This document shows positions 62,738-64,000 of a stretch of 64,000 nt of DNA, in pieces. Numbering within the stretch: position 1 is the stretch's first letter; every line of letters begins with the position of its first letter. This DNA is from Carcharhinus amblyrhynchos (Eukaryota), in NCBI GenBank assembly GCA_965287045.1, contig OZ336894.1, forward strand, positions 14,942,001 to 15,006,000. The letters run 5' to 3'. Under the pieces are notes generated by a model. It was not told the DNA's origin. It ran no database searches and was given only the letters and a program-made list of their open reading frames with translations. Position numbers and translations under genes: made by a program.

Positions 62738-62995
62738 TTAATAACAGAAAATGCTGGAAGAACTCAGAAGGCCTGACAGCATCAGTGGAGCGAGGACATA
62801 GTTAATATTTGAAATCCCTATGACTTCAGAGCTAAAGAGAAATGTGATGAATCGTATACTGTATGAGGGGGTGGACCAGCTGAAACACAGTGAATGATGG
62901 GAGCTACGAGAGATGCTGGGTTTATTCAAGACTTTGTTTTTATTTCTTTTATTTCAGATTTGCTGCATCCATCCACAATATTTTGCTTTCATTAT
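62738..62995. mobile_element. Penelope-like terminal fragments in inverted arrangement
   Basis: AACAGAAAATGCTGGAAGAACTCAGAAGGCCTGACAGCATC at left and TTTATTTCAGATTTGCTGCATCC..ATATTTTGCTTT at right. Confidence 0.5.
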
Positions 62996-63135
62996 AGCCT
63001 GGTTTGGAGTGTTGCGTATCATCCAAATGAGTAATCTGCATATTTTAATTCCCATTTATAAACAGTAAATAGTTCAGTTTGTACTGCATTATATTTAGAA
63101 AGGGAAATGCAGTTTGCTTTTGATTCTAACGTAAT

Positions 63136-63601
63136 CAGTGACGTAGCTAGAGGGGGAGCAGGGGCAGGGACTGCTCCCCCTGAGCACATTCTTCAAAAGT
63201 GGCACCTTTTCAACAGGGTGTTCCTCACGGGCCTCTCAGATCTCTTCCCGAGATCTGAAGTCTTCAATCCGTGTACTGCAATCGTGGGATGTGATACAGA
63301 TGCGGGAACTTCATTGAAAGACAGTTGGCTTCTGACGTAGATTGTAATAAAGTTACGGATAACTTTGCTAAAATGAAGCCGAGACGAAAGAGGCTGTTGT
63401 AGTTGCTTCGTACCTTTTTCATATTGCTTCGTTTTATTTTCATTTTACGTTTAACGTGTAAAATAAATAACACGCTTTTATTGTGTTTTGATTTTAAATA
63501 CAAAATAAAAATATATAATGGATTTAAAATAATTTTGTATGCATCGTGGCGCCTTTTTATGTGCTCACTCCCCCTAACTTCAGAACCTGGCTATGCCCCT
63601 G
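63136..63601 (+). mobile_element. Non-autonomous hAT (Tip100/ZMYM1-like) element with 8-bp TSD
   Basis: TIRs CAGTGACGTAGCTAG / CTGGCTATGCCCCTG (11/15 match); TSD AACGTAAT / AACATAAT; internal transposase end FIERQLASDVDCNKVTDNFAKMKPRRKRLL* (63310-63402). Confidence 0.88.
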
Positions 63602-63849
63602 AACATAATCTATAGGGTCTTTATCCTCAAGTTGTATCAGTCTGCTACGTCTTCAAAGCCATTCAGTATATTTTGTTTACACCCTGTATGTGGTGATAGA
63701 ATTTTAGTCATACCTAAGGATTTCTAGGTAAATGACAGTTAACTGTCTGCTGAACAGCTTTCCAAATGAAAATTGCATACCCAAATCTGAACTTCCTTTT
63801 TCATGTCTATCAAATATTTTGTGATCCTTATCAGAACCTTACTAATTGA

Positions 63850-64000
63850 ATACATCGTCATAGTACCTACTAGTGAGGGAGTCTGGAAGAAAGAGGCATA
63901 AAATTAATATTAGAGCTAGGCTGTTCAGAAGTGATGAGGAAGCACTTCTTTATACAAAGGGTAATGGAAATATTTTTGAAGAAAGAGACATGTGCTGGAA
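63850..64000 (+). mobile_element. Old CR1 3' fragment
   Basis: RGIKLILEL..RKHFFIQRVMEI-like sequence. Confidence 0.55.

Overview
Eukaryotic, repeat-dense genomic DNA, most likely from a shark or ray. The basis is abundant HE1/V-SINEs, HER1/CR1 LINEs and SacSINE1-like Deu-SINEs, all recognised by eye without a database search. The window looks intronic or intergenic and no cellular protein-coding gene can be firmly called; there are only three weak + strand exon candidates (37713-37775, ~46490-46840, 53736-53880). Most ORFs in the track are retroelement remnants or spurious. Content: many CR1/HER1 LINEs, including a young 2.4-kb copy whose ORF2 has a single stop, several nested in older elements; a second CR1-group LINE family ('family B'); Rex1/Babar and RTE fragments; Gypsy remnants, one with Gmr1-type PR-IN-RT order, plus solo LTRs; Harbinger, Tigger and hAT DNA-transposon relics; and Penelope-like fragments with hammerhead-type cores. 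Strongest leads: (1) a ~300-bp structured, poly(A)-tailed element headed by two U2 snRNA 5' fragments (24275-24582), a candidate shark SINEU-like retroposon; (2) a family-B LINE whose APE-endonuclease ORF follows a tRNA-like Pol III head with no room for ORF1 (10028-13035); (3) a CpG-rich CR1 whose 3' UTR has captured a V-SINE body and a strong splice acceptor (34114-34749); (4) a palindromic element with a hammerhead-like core on each arm (54898-55140). Boundaries of old repeats are approximate.
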